Of a DNA stretch of 64,000 nt, positions 27,101-36,354 are shown in pieces. Source of the DNA: an uncultured Lentibacter sp. (lineage in GTDB: Bacteria; Pseudomonadota; Alphaproteobacteria; Rhodobacterales; Rhodobacteraceae); assembly GCF_937123735.1 (NCBI RefSeq), contig NZ_CAKZKL010000011.1:1833-65832 (forward strand), read 5' to 3'. Every line of letters begins with the position of its first letter. Position 1 is the stretch's first letter. The position numbers and the translations under genes are program-made. Under the pieces are notes generated by a model. It was not told where the DNA came from. It made no database searches and saw nothing but the letters and a program-made list of their open reading frames with translations.

Positions 27101-28387
27101 GAACTCTTGCGGACGGGTCAACAAGAACTGCATATTTGCAGCCTTTCCACGCGACAATTCCAGCGCGAACGTGTCACCATCAGCCGGCTGTCCCACCAAC
27201 GACACATTTAGACCCGCAAAAACAAATCCGTTTTGCCCCTGTGCGACCACATCACCTGCCTCATCGCGGCCTTGCCACATTGAGTTGGCAGAATTGTAAA
27301 CGATTTCTAGCTCCACATCTTCTTCTGGCAAGGGCCCTACAGACGAGACATAGCCGGTTACCGACCCGAGGTTTGTCGCAGAGGGTTCAAGCATAAAGCT
27401 ATCCAAACCGAACAGCGCCCCTCCCGTTTTTCCGTCAAGGCTGACACCTTCCGAATGCACAGAGTTCAGCTCGCTGGCCACTTTGCGTGCAAGAGCATCC
27501 AATTCTCGGGAAGTTTGCGAGACCGTCTCATATGCTGCGATCAAACCCGCTAATCCACCAGAGGTCATTTGCTGGGTCTGCAAGGCGCCCCCCCCGGCAC
27601 CGATATACACATCGATCTGGCTGTCTTGCGCGATAACCGAGATTTGGCTGGCAGTTTTTCCCTCCAAGAGCACGGGGCCACTCCCAGTTGCTCCGAGTGT
27701 CAAAGTTGTATCACCGCGCACGTTGTATCGGGCCGAAACGCCTGCGTAGTCGGCAATCGCAGCAATAGACTTGTCACGTTGATCCATCAGGGCGTTGGAG
27801 GCCTTGCCACTCCCTCCGGCAGAAATAAGGCGCGCTTGGATATCCGCCAAACCAGCCAACTCGGTGTTTAAAGAGCCCACCATGTTGTCAACTTCGCTGG
27901 TGATTGCCGATTGAAAAGTTTGCAATGAACCAGAGAGCGACTGAAACGCTGATGCCAAAGAACGCCCCTGCTCCAGCGCGACAACGCGCCCAGAGAGATC
28001 ACCTGGCGCTTGGGCGATACTGCTGATGCCGTTGAAGAACTCGTTTATTGAAAATGTCAGATCATAGTCTTCTGGCAGCAGGATGCTCTCAAGTGTCGTA
28101 AGCGCTTCTTTATACGACTCTGCTCTTTCGTAATCAGATGAGGTGTCTCGCGCGCGTGAGGCGATAAAGCTGTCAAAGGCTCGCGACACATCCGACACAC
28201 GCACACCAAGACCAGCTTGGTCCGATATACTCAGTATTCCGCCTTGTGTTGCTGAAACCTCTTCCATGGAAGCTTCTCGGCGGCGATACCCTTCAGTGTT
28301 GAGATTGGCAATATTTTGGCCCGTGACACTAAGGGCTTTTCGATAGGCCTGAATCCCGCTGCTACCGATGTCAAACAAGCCAGCCAT
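24137..28387 (-). CDS. flgK: hook-filament junction protein FlgK (HAP1), giant 1416-aa form
   Basis: The N-terminus (GLFDIGSSGIQAYRKALSVTGQNIANLNTEGYRRR) and C-terminus (VNLDTEAARLLEQQQAYQALARVLSTAKELLDTLMN) are canonical FlgK. About 1000 aa of extra central sequence lies between them. Confidence 0.9.
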   Translation of the reverse strand: MAGLFDIGSSGIQAYRKALSVTGQNIANLNTEGYRRREASMEEVSATQGGILSISDQAGLGVRVSDVSRAFDSFIASRARDTSSDYERAESYKEALTTLESILLPEDYDLTFSINEFFNGISSIAQAPGDLSGRVVALEQGRSLASAFQSLSGSLQTFQSAITSEVDNMVGSLNTELAGLADIQARLISAGGSGKASNALMDQRDKSIAAIADYAGVSARYNVRGDTTLTLGATGSGPVLLEGKTASQISVIAQDSQIDVYIGAGGGALQTQQMTSGGLAGLIAAYETVSQTSRELDALARKVASELNSVHSEGVSLDGKTGGALFGLDSFMLEPSATNLGSVTGYVSSVGPLPEEDVELEIVYNSANSMWQGRDEAGDVVAQGQNGFVFAGLNVSLVGQPADGDTFALELSRGKAANMQFLLTRPQEFAAAGPLLTTSDVSNTGSANLAFEAFSAQAPSDLPMLTQLLANDIGIAAATRFRSDGVIGVIPADVSEVDLFSLTRQDLASFTLADAQFANLSSITLTLDEVSHQFDTAAFAERRSTESNVNLSELADMLNAGILQSSSGASFADLGLFASGEAGVLSIASGIAGLSAAVLQADETVTGSISQKNDIGSQIQVFTREGRQIAGTPLSDSEVMRYLTPANGFLETVEYRAEHLNGVGSGGFQSTEVSRATPGGAYGLKVSGEGFAPPVWAGSSLPVSVATPAQTLSIAVGSDPETKLEIPQGVMADYIAEQVNTLSSDLGIRAKAETRVLLQAIPEGIVSFGLTGENKDPVAIQGYARAGDLSDMVELINAQTSNTGISAHLSSDLGQLVLVNEAGSDILLSDIVVEGEGFEAFAVGAQGQLRSDSPVLLGTAANQFARFGGEVSLSAARSFTVSGAGGTKTSTADPLHQGFISRAADPAGSWQQLSFRAIEGIDGNEARPDGSFASAAAASFSVSLETDGSSARLSASVLSSDLDELSSQAIAQALATDLRSLAPVPVLSGRSFSDVDGLPSDGETITLELGEQSFVLRMVDGEVVVEGPEAERLTAGFDDSFKLVVSASQGFETGQTLRVSSDASTASMTAFGLEVDQQLEVLTGRSFLQNTLSSQPHVLSLEIDDTQYDISLTLDENDVVQIAQNPDLPLGTTLSVNSVSDTEVQITIRRTEAGTAGALRILPSEGGRALGFVTSPNQILVNQDGLRLSALDQSAIDVQATSGGLISERISLKNLPPEELIVILTGDGARRLSAQFERDTSDIEVGLQRPLDIVVEDGASGRIEILDRESGHSIASRYLDETGRFSVAGVDLVISGAVKTGDRFSIAPNTAGEGDGRNVAKLLGLQTTDLQSGKGGFSQSFSVLITDAGAKVQASTIAAASSLAVRDAAAEMESEFSGVNLDTEAARLLEQQQAYQALARVLSTAKELLDTLMNAI

Positions 28388-28389
28388 GA

Positions 28390-28740
28390 CTATTCACCAG
28401 CCTTCGGAAGGCCGCGGCCTAGCTGTGTAACCATGGCATCTGCGATACCGAGGTTCATATTTCGGCTGCTGGCGCGCGCCATCTCAACATCCAACATTCC
28501 CTGAAATGTCTTCCCAGCCTCGGATGAAAACAGCCCTTCTGAAAGCTCTCCCGCGCGCGCTTGCTTCAAGAACTCGGTGAGGAAAAGAGCCTCATATTCT
28601 TTTGCAACGTCTGCAAGCTGCTCCCGTTGGCTTTGACCTTGATTTACCGATGTGCGGTTCCAAGCCGCAGTGCTACCAGCACTGCCGCTTTGATGCACAA
28701 CCGTCGTCAGGTTCATTGAACTGCTGATCATCTCCCCCAC
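28390..28740 (-). CDS. flgJ: FlgJ, rod-binding domain only (no muramidase domain)
   Basis: A 116-aa protein with the Rod-binding motif YEALFLTEFLKQARAGE...FQGMLDVEMARA. It has a GTG start with an AGGAGG RBS. No glucosaminidase or SLT domain follows. Confidence 0.75.
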   Translation of the reverse strand: MGEMISSSMNLTTVVHQSGSAGSTAAWNRTSVNQGQSQREQLADVAKEYEALFLTEFLKQARAGELSEGLFSSEAGKTFQGMLDVEMARASSRNMNLGIADAMVTQLGRGLPKAGE

Positions 28741-28749
28741 ATCAGCCTC

Positions 28750-29886
28750 CTATATCACAACCAGTTCAGCCCGCAGGGCACCCGCCTCGCGCAAAGCCTC
28801 CAGGATAGCCACCAGATCGGCGGCCGAAGCCCCCACGGCATTGATTGCATCGACAAGAGAAGACAGGGACACACCCGTATCAAAAATGAAGGCACGCGCC
28901 GTCTCAGCCTCCACATCAATATCTGTGTCTGGTGTTACAACTGGCTCATTATCCACAACGGTTGTCTGATCGCCGTTGCTCACAACTGTTTGCCCTTGAT
29001 CAACATTGAAGTCCTCATTCACCCGAACTGTCATGGATCCATGGGTCACCGCAGCAGGAGTCACCCGTACATTCCCCCCGATCACCACAGTGCCGGTGCG
29101 CGAATTGATAATCACCCGTGCGGGCGGCTCAGCCTGCGTCACCTCCACGTTCTCCATCAGAGAAATATAGGAAACGCGCTGGCTGGGGTCTTGAGGGGCT
29201 TGCACCCGCACAGAGTTGGCATCGAGCGGCACAGCGACATCCGGACCAAAGATCTGGTTGATCGCCTCGGCCATATTGGTGGCCGTTGTAAAGTCCCCTT
29301 TGTGAAGGTTCAAAATCAGATGGGGAGTCTCCAAAAAGGAGCTTGGAACCATTCGCTCCACCGACGCGCCGCGCGGAACACGCCCCACCGTGGGCACATT
29401 CACAACCAGCGAGGACTGGTCTCCACCCTGCACACCTAAGCCACCAACAACCAGGTTGCCTTGCGCTATCGCATATGTTTCGCCATCCGCGCCCAGCAAA
29501 GGCGTCATCAAGAGTGTGCCTCCGCGTAAGGAGTTGGCTCCGCCCATGGTCGAAACCGTTATATCGAGAGTTTGCCCGGGCTTCAGGAAGGGTGGCAGCT
29601 CCGCTGTCACCATGACAGCGGCGGCATTCTTTGCATTCAAGCCAGACACATCGGTGACAAGGCCAAATCGCGACACCATCGCCTGCATGGATTGCAAAGT
29701 AAGGCCCGAATTGCCGTCACCTGTGCCCGCAAGGCCAACAACGATGCCATAGCCAACCAGCTGGTTTGACCGAACACCCGCGACGCTTGCGATATCCTTA
29801 ATCCGCTCGGCGGCACTTTCGCCCACCGAAAACAACAGCAGAGCAAGGCTCGTCAAAACTGGTTTTGCCCAAGAGAACAGCTGCAT
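28750..29886 (-). CDS. flgI: flagellar P-ring protein FlgI
   Basis: Signal peptide plus [30 protein letters not shown], a canonical FlgI sequence. Confidence 0.96.
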   Translation of the reverse strand: MQLFSWAKPVLTSLALLLFSVGESAAERIKDIASVAGVRSNQLVGYGIVVGLAGTGDGNSGLTLQSMQAMVSRFGLVTDVSGLNAKNAAAVMVTAELPPFLKPGQTLDITVSTMGGANSLRGGTLLMTPLLGADGETYAIAQGNLVVGGLGVQGGDQSSLVVNVPTVGRVPRGASVERMVPSSFLETPHLILNLHKGDFTTATNMAEAINQIFGPDVAVPLDANSVRVQAPQDPSQRVSYISLMENVEVTQAEPPARVIINSRTGTVVIGGNVRVTPAAVTHGSMTVRVNEDFNVDQGQTVVSNGDQTTVVDNEPVVTPDTDIDVEAETARAFIFDTGVSLSSLVDAINAVGASAADLVAILEALREAGALRAELVVI

Positions 29887-29898
29887 CGACGTCTCCTA

Positions 29899-30579
29899 TC
29901 AATAAGGCGACAAGGTGGTGACAGCGCGTTGCAGCCAGCCCGCCTTGCCAGTGTCCGCCACATCACCAGCGCCAATGTATTTGATTTCAGCATTGGCTAT
30001 CCTATCAGATAGGATAACGTTATTTGAGGAAATATCTTCAGGACGCACGATCCCGCGAACGCGAATATATTCATCCCCGTTGTTCAATGTCAGTTTCTTT
30101 TGACCAAGAATTTCCAGGTTTCCGCCCTCAAAGACACGCGCAACAGTAACCGACATCTGGCCTGTGAGACTGTTTGATTGCGCAGCCGACCCCGAGCCCG
30201 AGAAGGACTGCGTTGTGCCTGCGCTCAGCCCCTCTTCCAGAGCGTTCAAGCCAAACACGTTCGGGAGATTCATATCTACGTTGGCAGATTTTCCATTGGC
30301 TGCGTTTTGCGATTTGGTCGCTTGAAAGCGTTCGGAAAAAGACACTGTCAGAATATCGCCGACTCGGCTGGCCCGCCTGTCGGTGGCGAAGAGGCCAGCT
30401 TGCGACGGATTGTAAATTGCCCCGGAAGGAAAGCCAGCCTGAATGGGAGTGGTTTGGGCCGGCATAACCGGCAGGTAGCTCAAACTGTTTTGCTCTTCCA
30501 CATAGCTGGCACCGCAAGCCGCGAGAAAAAGCGGCCACAACAGTATAACACCCGATCGCACGCAAACCGTCATCGTCAT
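29899..30579 (-). CDS. flgH: flagellar L-ring lipoprotein FlgH
   Basis: Lipobox LAAC, plus typical FlgH sequence (RASRVGDILTVSFSE...YIRVRGIVRPEDIS). Confidence 0.93.
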   Translation of the reverse strand: MTMTVCVRSGVILLWPLFLAACGASYVEEQNSLSYLPVMPAQTTPIQAGFPSGAIYNPSQAGLFATDRRASRVGDILTVSFSERFQATKSQNAANGKSANVDMNLPNVFGLNALEEGLSAGTTQSFSGSGSAAQSNSLTGQMSVTVARVFEGGNLEILGQKKLTLNNGDEYIRVRGIVRPEDISSNNVILSDRIANAEIKYIGAGDVADTGKAGWLQRAVTTLSPY

Positions 30580-30590
30580 ATCCTCTGCCT

Positions 30591-31379
30591 TTACAGATTA
30601 TTTGAGAGATAGCGCATCATCTCATCGACCGATGAAATCGACTTCGAGCTTACCTCATATGCACGTTGCGTTTCGATCATATCCACAAGCTGCTGAACAA
30701 CGTTGACGTTTGAGCCTTCCAAATATCCCTGGACAAGTTTGCCAAAGCCCCCGTTCAGGGGGGCTCCCTCAATGGGCGCTCCGCTTGCTGGCGTTTCAAC
30801 TGCAAATGTTTCACCGATTGGCTGCAAGCCCCGCGGGTTTGCAAAGTTGGCCAAGGTCAATTGCCCCACTTCTTGCGGCGCGGTCTCTCCTGCCAACATG
30901 ACAGACACAATTCCGTCTGAGGAAATATTGATTTCGCTTACATTGTCTGGAATTTGAATCTCAGGCTGAACGACATATCCGCTTGAAGTGGTCAATGTCC
31001 CCTCTCCATTGCGCGAGAAGGTGCCGTTGCGTGTGTAGCCCATGCGCCCGTCCGGCATCAAAACTTGAAAGAAACCCGACCCGTCAATGGCCAAATCAAG
31101 CGAATTGTCCGTGCTCACAAGGCCACCTTGGGAATACAGCTTCTGGGTGTTTACCAAGTTCACACCGGTCCCGACAGTGGAGGCCGAGGTCAGCATATTG
31201 CCGTCCGCAGTTTGCGCGCCCCCTGAGCGGGTGACCTGGTACAGCAAGCTTTCGAAATTCACACGATCACGCTTGAAGCCTGTTGTGTTCACGTTTGCCA
31301 GATTGTTGGCAATCACTTGCATCTTGGTTTGTTGTGCGTTGAGGCCTGTCTTGGCCACATGCATTGCATTTGAAGACAT
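30591..31379 (-). CDS. flgG: distal rod protein FlgG
   Basis: A 262-aa protein with MHVAKTGLNAQQTKMQVIANNLANVNTTGFKRDR at the N-terminus and LEGSNVNVVQQLVDMIETQRAYE at the C-terminus. Confidence 0.96.
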   Translation of the reverse strand: MSSNAMHVAKTGLNAQQTKMQVIANNLANVNTTGFKRDRVNFESLLYQVTRSGGAQTADGNMLTSASTVGTGVNLVNTQKLYSQGGLVSTDNSLDLAIDGSGFFQVLMPDGRMGYTRNGTFSRNGEGTLTTSSGYVVQPEIQIPDNVSEINISSDGIVSVMLAGETAPQEVGQLTLANFANPRGLQPIGETFAVETPASGAPIEGAPLNGGFGKLVQGYLEGSNVNVVQQLVDMIETQRAYEVSSKSISSVDEMMRYLSNNL

Positions 31380-31414
31380 CGCTTAACTCCTACATCAGAG
31401 ACTTACACTCATGC

Positions 31415-31430
31415 TGCAAGAGCTGTGCCA
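31415..31430 (-). promoter_or_regulatory. internal sigma54 promoter upstream of flgG
   Basis: The minus strand reads TGGCACAGCTCTTGCA, an exact consensus match. It lies in the 59-nt flgF-flgG spacer, about 36 nt before the flgG ATG. Confidence 0.75.
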
Positions 31431-31438
31431 ACCAAGCG

Positions 31439-32197
31439 TCAGTTTTGCGGCAACCGCATCAACTCTGCACCGCCGCGATCAATATCTTCTGCGAGCTTGA
31501 TAAATTTGACCCCCATTTCAAACTGGCGCTGGGTTTCAATAGAGTGAATCAGTTCTGATACCGTATCAACGTTGGAAGCCTCCAAGACACCTTGAGCGAC
31601 CTTGACTTGTTGGTCAGGTGCGGGAACCGAGCCGTCAGGGCGGCGAATTTGGCCATCCAACCCTTTGCTCAATCGCTCATCTGTTGCAGACGTTGTGCCC
31701 AAAAAATCGACCTGAAGAAACTGGCCAGCCGGCGCGTCTAGTGGGGTCACCGAAATTTCACCACTTTCTGAAAGCTTGAACTCAGCAAACGGCGGCAGCT
31801 CTATCGGTTCCAGGTTTTCGTTTAAGATGCGCTCTTGCGCGCCGTTTACCAAAAATCCGTCTGCATCAATTGACAGATCACCCCGCCGAGACAACGCAAT
31901 CTCTCCATTGAGAGGCTGCACATACAAGTAACCGTCTGACACCACCGCGATGTCCATTTCAGAACCGAGTTGGCGCAAGGCCCCCTGCCGTGTCGAAAAC
32001 CCCGCCTTCCCAGTTTCCAAATTCATGGCCCGCGCAGAGGCTTGATCCATAGATTGGATGAAGGCTGTGCCGCCATCATTGGGCAAGTCTTTACGAAAGC
32101 CCGGAATGTCGACACTGCTCAGATTGTTCGCCGTTGTTGAGCGCACATCATGCAGGTTTTTCAACGTGTTCAACGCTGTATGTATCATCCTGTCCAT
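31439..32197 (-). CDS. flgF: proximal rod protein FlgF
   Basis: A 252-aa rod-family protein with matching N- and C-termini (LEASNVDTVSELIHSIETQRQFE). It sits between flgE and flgG. Confidence 0.9.
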   Translation of the reverse strand: MDRMIHTALNTLKNLHDVRSTTANNLSSVDIPGFRKDLPNDGGTAFIQSMDQASARAMNLETGKAGFSTRQGALRQLGSEMDIAVVSDGYLYVQPLNGEIALSRRGDLSIDADGFLVNGAQERILNENLEPIELPPFAEFKLSESGEISVTPLDAPAGQFLQVDFLGTTSATDERLSKGLDGQIRRPDGSVPAPDQQVKVAQGVLEASNVDTVSELIHSIETQRQFEMGVKFIKLAEDIDRGGAELMRLPQN

Positions 32198-32220
32198 ATA
32201 ACTTCTCCCAGCTTGTCGCG

Positions 32221-35200
32221 TTACATACGGATATTGATGATGGTCTGGGTGAGGCTCGTGGTTGTTTCAATCGCTTTTGCAGAGGCCTGATAATTTCGCT
32301 GTGCCGTGATCAAGTTAACCAGTTCCTCCGTGATATCGACGTTTGAGCGCTCGAGTGAACCCGACAGAATATTCCCGAAGCCCTCTGCGCCAGCCTCACC
32401 AACCTGAGGTGTGCCTGAAACCGCAGTTTCAACGTAGGTCGCGTTTCCAATTTGTTTCAAACCGTTTTGGTTGTTGAAGTTCGCCACAACAATCTTGCCA
32501 AGAGGATTGTTTTGCCCATTTGTATAATTTGCACGGATGGTGCCGGAACTGTCAATTTCAAGGCCATCCAAGCGCCCAGAAGTGAAACCATCCTGCTCGA
32601 CCGACAGCACCGAAAATGGCTGCGCAAACTGTGTTGACGCCGCGTAGTCAATATCAAGTGAAATCGAAAAGCCTTCTGCTTGTTGCTCATAGCGAACATT
32701 GTTTTTGGGGCTGATGAGCTTACCTGTTTTGTCAAAGGTCAGCTCGCCTTCATCAATGTAGAGCGGGAAATAGCCATCCACCATATCTTCTGGAGGGGTG
32801 GTAACAACTGTGCCCTCAGGGTCGACATAGAGCGCGACGCCTTCAGCGTTTGTTGCCTGCACCAGATTGAATATTTTCGGGACCGAACCAACACCCAGCG
32901 GAACATCATCCAAACCCAGGCGAGAGGCGCCTTTGACTTTGATTGTCGATCCGTCGCCCGTTGTCCCCGTCTGGAAGACAAAGCCATTGTCGGCCGTCGA
33001 ATAGCGCACCGTCACGCCACCAACAGTTTGCCCTGTTACTGGGTCTGAAATCTGGTTGATTCTTTCCTCGAGTGCGGTGGCCAAAGTGGTGCCAACATAG
33101 TTGCCCGGCGGCACATCAATGATACCAGCAATGCCATTTACAGAAACATTGAAGCGGTTTTCGCCGTTGTTGGATGTCAGGCGGAACACTTCAGTCAAGT
33201 CGCCCTGGGCTGCGCGGCCAGTCGCAATTGCAGGTTCAGCCGCAAGACCGCTGCCTTCTTGGAAGGTAAAGTCCTGCTTGGACGCACCAAAGCCAAACAG
33301 TGCGTTTTCACCCCCGCCAATAATCCGGGAATCCAGCGCGATCGTCTCACTTTGGTCAGCACTCCCATCCCCGCTGGCCGGAATAATTCTGCGACCAATC
33401 TGGATATTGGAAGATTTCTGATTTGTGCTGACGCCAAGCGCCCCGTTGGCATCAATGCTTTCGCCTGTCGTGCCACTCGCAACAGTAAACGATTTCGTAT
33501 CGCCATTGTAACTGACGGACACACCATACCGTTTGTCGTTCAGCTGGATTTCTTCACCGTCTGCAATAAACGGCTCGGTAGACAAGATCTCTCCCCCGCG
33601 AATGAGAACTGTCTCAGCATTGCCCCCCGCAGGGATACCAAGCCCGTTTGTCCCATCGGCATCCGCAGATCCGTAAACAGTGAAGGCGTTAAAGTTACTG
33701 CCTGTGCCCGTTCCCAAAACCGTGCGATCAACATTGAACTGCAAGCGCTGATTGGTTTCATCATAGGATACTTTGATGGGAGGATTGTTTTCATCAACCC
33801 AGGCCACTTTGCTGGTTGTTGCGTTTGTGACGGTCTGAGCGCTCACACTCCCCAAATCAGTGTTCACATTGGCCGCCGTGATAACAATCTGATCGCTGCC
33901 ATTTTTGGAGAACACAACACCTGCGGCCGAGGTTGCTGTCAGCGCATTCAACCCGGTTACCACCGCGTCAATATCTGCAAAGTTGGCATCTTGAAAATCG
34001 GCGGTGACAGTTTTGTCTCCAATCGTGAAGCGCGTGAACTTGTTGTTCAATTCGGCAAAGCCGAGGGCTGAAAAGCTATGCACTTCGGCAACGGCTGTGT
34101 CCGCGGCTGTTGTTTCAGTCGCTGCAATTGCGGCCCCTGAAACAGGCAGGCCAAGCGCAGTCAAGGAAGCGCCGCTTGTGTCGATCATCGTCTGACCGAA
34201 GGCGATTGCCTCTTCCACGGAAAGCTCACCCGAGTTGCGTTGCGCTGCTGTGCCAATTTCGCGCATCACAATTCGCTTGGAATTGAACGTTTCAAAGGCA
34301 CCATCAACAGTTGCTTTGGCCCCTTCAAAGAAGGCCTCCAGATCTTGTGAGGGCTCATAAAGAAGCGACACATCGGTGCCATCCAGTTCAAAGCCAGATT
34401 CTGGCAAGTTCAGGCCCGAGGTGTCGATCCGCAACATTCGGTAGCCTGCATCCATGGCTACATTTTCAAAGATACGCAGCTCGCGCCCATTCAGGTGATC
34501 TTGAAAATCTGTGTTCGTAGAGGCGCCCACCAGACGGATAGAGGAGGATGTGGGTGCTCCAAATTCAGTTGGAACATAGACTGTCAAGGTGTTTTGCGTG
34601 TTGTCGTATACAACCGACTTACCACCAGAGCTTACGAGTGCACCCTCAGCATCAACCGATTTCAGCTCAGTGTTCTTATCATAAACAGAAAGACTGGGGC
34701 GCTTGCCATAGTATGAGTAGGCTAGGAAACGCTCTTGCGAAACCGTGCCGCTGTCGGTGTCTTGGGTGTGCGTAATGGTGACCACTTCAGGCTCAGGATG
34801 TGGTTCAGCCATCTCGCTGCCAATACTACGCACAAACAGCCGCCCTTCAACGCCGAGCGTTGCAGCCCCGGTGCCAAGAGTGCCATCGCTGTCATAGATA
34901 TAGTCGTTCATTTCATCTACGAGGCGGGTTTGCGTATGCGCCAAAAACTCTTCGCGCGTGAAATCCGGTGATGCGCCCTCAACGTCCATGCCCATCAGAT
35001 CTGAAACAGATGTGGGCTGAAGAAGGTCTATCTCGATTTTCTTGTCACCCAGACCTTGCAAAGAGCCGTCGGGCGCCAATTTGAAGAGATCAATCGTCAA
35101 CCGATCGTCGATATTCTGGAAAATTTGAATTTTCTTGTCATCACCATAGGCTTCGTTGATGGCCCGTTCCACTTCCGCTGCCAGCTGTTCAGCGTTGTAT

Positions 35201-36297
35201 TTTCCCGGGCGCAGATCAATGGAGACCGGTGCATCGCTGTCATCCACGTTCACGGTAAGAAAATCTTTACCCCAGAACAAATCACTGTCGGCATTGCCGG
35301 CTTCTCGAGTGGCCTTGAACAGCAGCGGATCCGTGACAATCTCTACGAGCTTGTCGCCTTCCTCGCCAAAATCAAATGCGCTTTGCTCGCCTTGAAGGGT
35401 GGCAGGTTGTGACTCGACCTGCTGGTTGAGGTCATCCAGCTTGTAAAGCGGAGAGCCCTTTCCTTCGAGGAAGTAGTTGTCATCTGGAACAGAGGTCGTT
35501 TGGTTCCCGAAACGGTCAATGAATATTTGCTTACCCGTATCATCCACCGCATTCACCAAGTCGGGTTCAATGATGGTATCATTGATGACCAGCCGGGTAT
35601 CATATTTGTTGGTTGGGTCTTCCGCAGAAGCATTTTGTGTCTTGATAAAATAGATTGTCGCGATCGTCGGGTTACCAAGGTCATCGAAGATCGTAATTGA
35701 CGTGGAGTTGGTGTAACTGTCCGCATCATTCGGATCAAACCTGTAACCATCGGCAAACTGATCCAGATCGGTGACAACCGGCGCATCCGCCGGCACGTTC
35801 ACACCAAGGTCAATTTTACCTGTCGCCTTGGGTTCTCCGGATGTCACCGGAAGCTGCAAAGGCACCGCGCTGTCTAGATCTTTCGCCGTGACAGACCCAT
35901 CTAGGTTGACAGGGTAGGTCATCAGATACTGACCGGCACTATCAACAACGTATCGGTCATTATCGACGTTAAATGACCCGTTCCTGGTGTAAACTGTCTG
36001 AGTAGACGTGAGCGACGGCTTCAACGCAAAGAAACCTTGCCCCGAAATGGCCAAATCAAGAGCATTCAGAGACGAGGCAATGTTGCCTTGGGTGAACTGC
36101 TGCTTGATCCCCTTCAAGATGGTGCCGGAACCGATTGAGGACGATGCGTTTTGCAACGGGGACGTCGCAAAGATATCACCAAATTCCGCGCGGCTTCTCT
36201 TAAAACCGGTCGTGCCGACGTTGGCAATATTGTTTGATGTGGCTGAAATATCGGCCTGCGCACCATTAAGGCCGGTCAATGCGGTATAAAATGACAT
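32221..36297 (-). CDS. flgE: flagellar hook protein FlgE, giant 1358-aa form
   Basis: The N-terminus (MSFYTALTGLNGAQADISATSNNIANVGTTGFKRSR) and C-terminus (LERSNVDITEELVNLITAQRNYQASAKAIETT) are canonical FlgE. It sits between flgD and flgF. A very large central insertion is present. Confidence 0.88.
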   Translation of the reverse strand: MSFYTALTGLNGAQADISATSNNIANVGTTGFKRSRAEFGDIFATSPLQNASSSIGSGTILKGIKQQFTQGNIASSLNALDLAISGQGFFALKPSLTSTQTVYTRNGSFNVDNDRYVVDSAGQYLMTYPVNLDGSVTAKDLDSAVPLQLPVTSGEPKATGKIDLGVNVPADAPVVTDLDQFADGYRFDPNDADSYTNSTSITIFDDLGNPTIATIYFIKTQNASAEDPTNKYDTRLVINDTIIEPDLVNAVDDTGKQIFIDRFGNQTTSVPDDNYFLEGKGSPLYKLDDLNQQVESQPATLQGEQSAFDFGEEGDKLVEIVTDPLLFKATREAGNADSDLFWGKDFLTVNVDDSDAPVSIDLRPGKYNAEQLAAEVERAINEAYGDDKKIQIFQNIDDRLTIDLFKLAPDGSLQGLGDKKIEIDLLQPTSVSDLMGMDVEGASPDFTREEFLAHTQTRLVDEMNDYIYDSDGTLGTGAATLGVEGRLFVRSIGSEMAEPHPEPEVVTITHTQDTDSGTVSQERFLAYSYYGKRPSLSVYDKNTELKSVDAEGALVSSGGKSVVYDNTQNTLTVYVPTEFGAPTSSSIRLVGASTNTDFQDHLNGRELRIFENVAMDAGYRMLRIDTSGLNLPESGFELDGTDVSLLYEPSQDLEAFFEGAKATVDGAFETFNSKRIVMREIGTAAQRNSGELSVEEAIAFGQTMIDTSGASLTALGLPVSGAAIAATETTAADTAVAEVHSFSALGFAELNNKFTRFTIGDKTVTADFQDANFADIDAVVTGLNALTATSAAGVVFSKNGSDQIVITAANVNTDLGSVSAQTVTNATTSKVAWVDENNPPIKVSYDETNQRLQFNVDRTVLGTGTGSNFNAFTVYGSADADGTNGLGIPAGGNAETVLIRGGEILSTEPFIADGEEIQLNDKRYGVSVSYNGDTKSFTVASGTTGESIDANGALGVSTNQKSSNIQIGRRIIPASGDGSADQSETIALDSRIIGGGENALFGFGASKQDFTFQEGSGLAAEPAIATGRAAQGDLTEVFRLTSNNGENRFNVSVNGIAGIIDVPPGNYVGTTLATALEERINQISDPVTGQTVGGVTVRYSTADNGFVFQTGTTGDGSTIKVKGASRLGLDDVPLGVGSVPKIFNLVQATNAEGVALYVDPEGTVVTTPPEDMVDGYFPLYIDEGELTFDKTGKLISPKNNVRYEQQAEGFSISLDIDYAASTQFAQPFSVLSVEQDGFTSGRLDGLEIDSSGTIRANYTNGQNNPLGKIVVANFNNQNGLKQIGNATYVETAVSGTPQVGEAGAEGFGNILSGSLERSNVDITEELVNLITAQRNYQASAKAIETTTSLTQTIINIRM

Positions 36298-36354
36298 AGG
36301 TTACCCTCTCGTCTCGTGTTTTCCAGCTCTACAGAGCTTCAATGTTCCAGCGCC

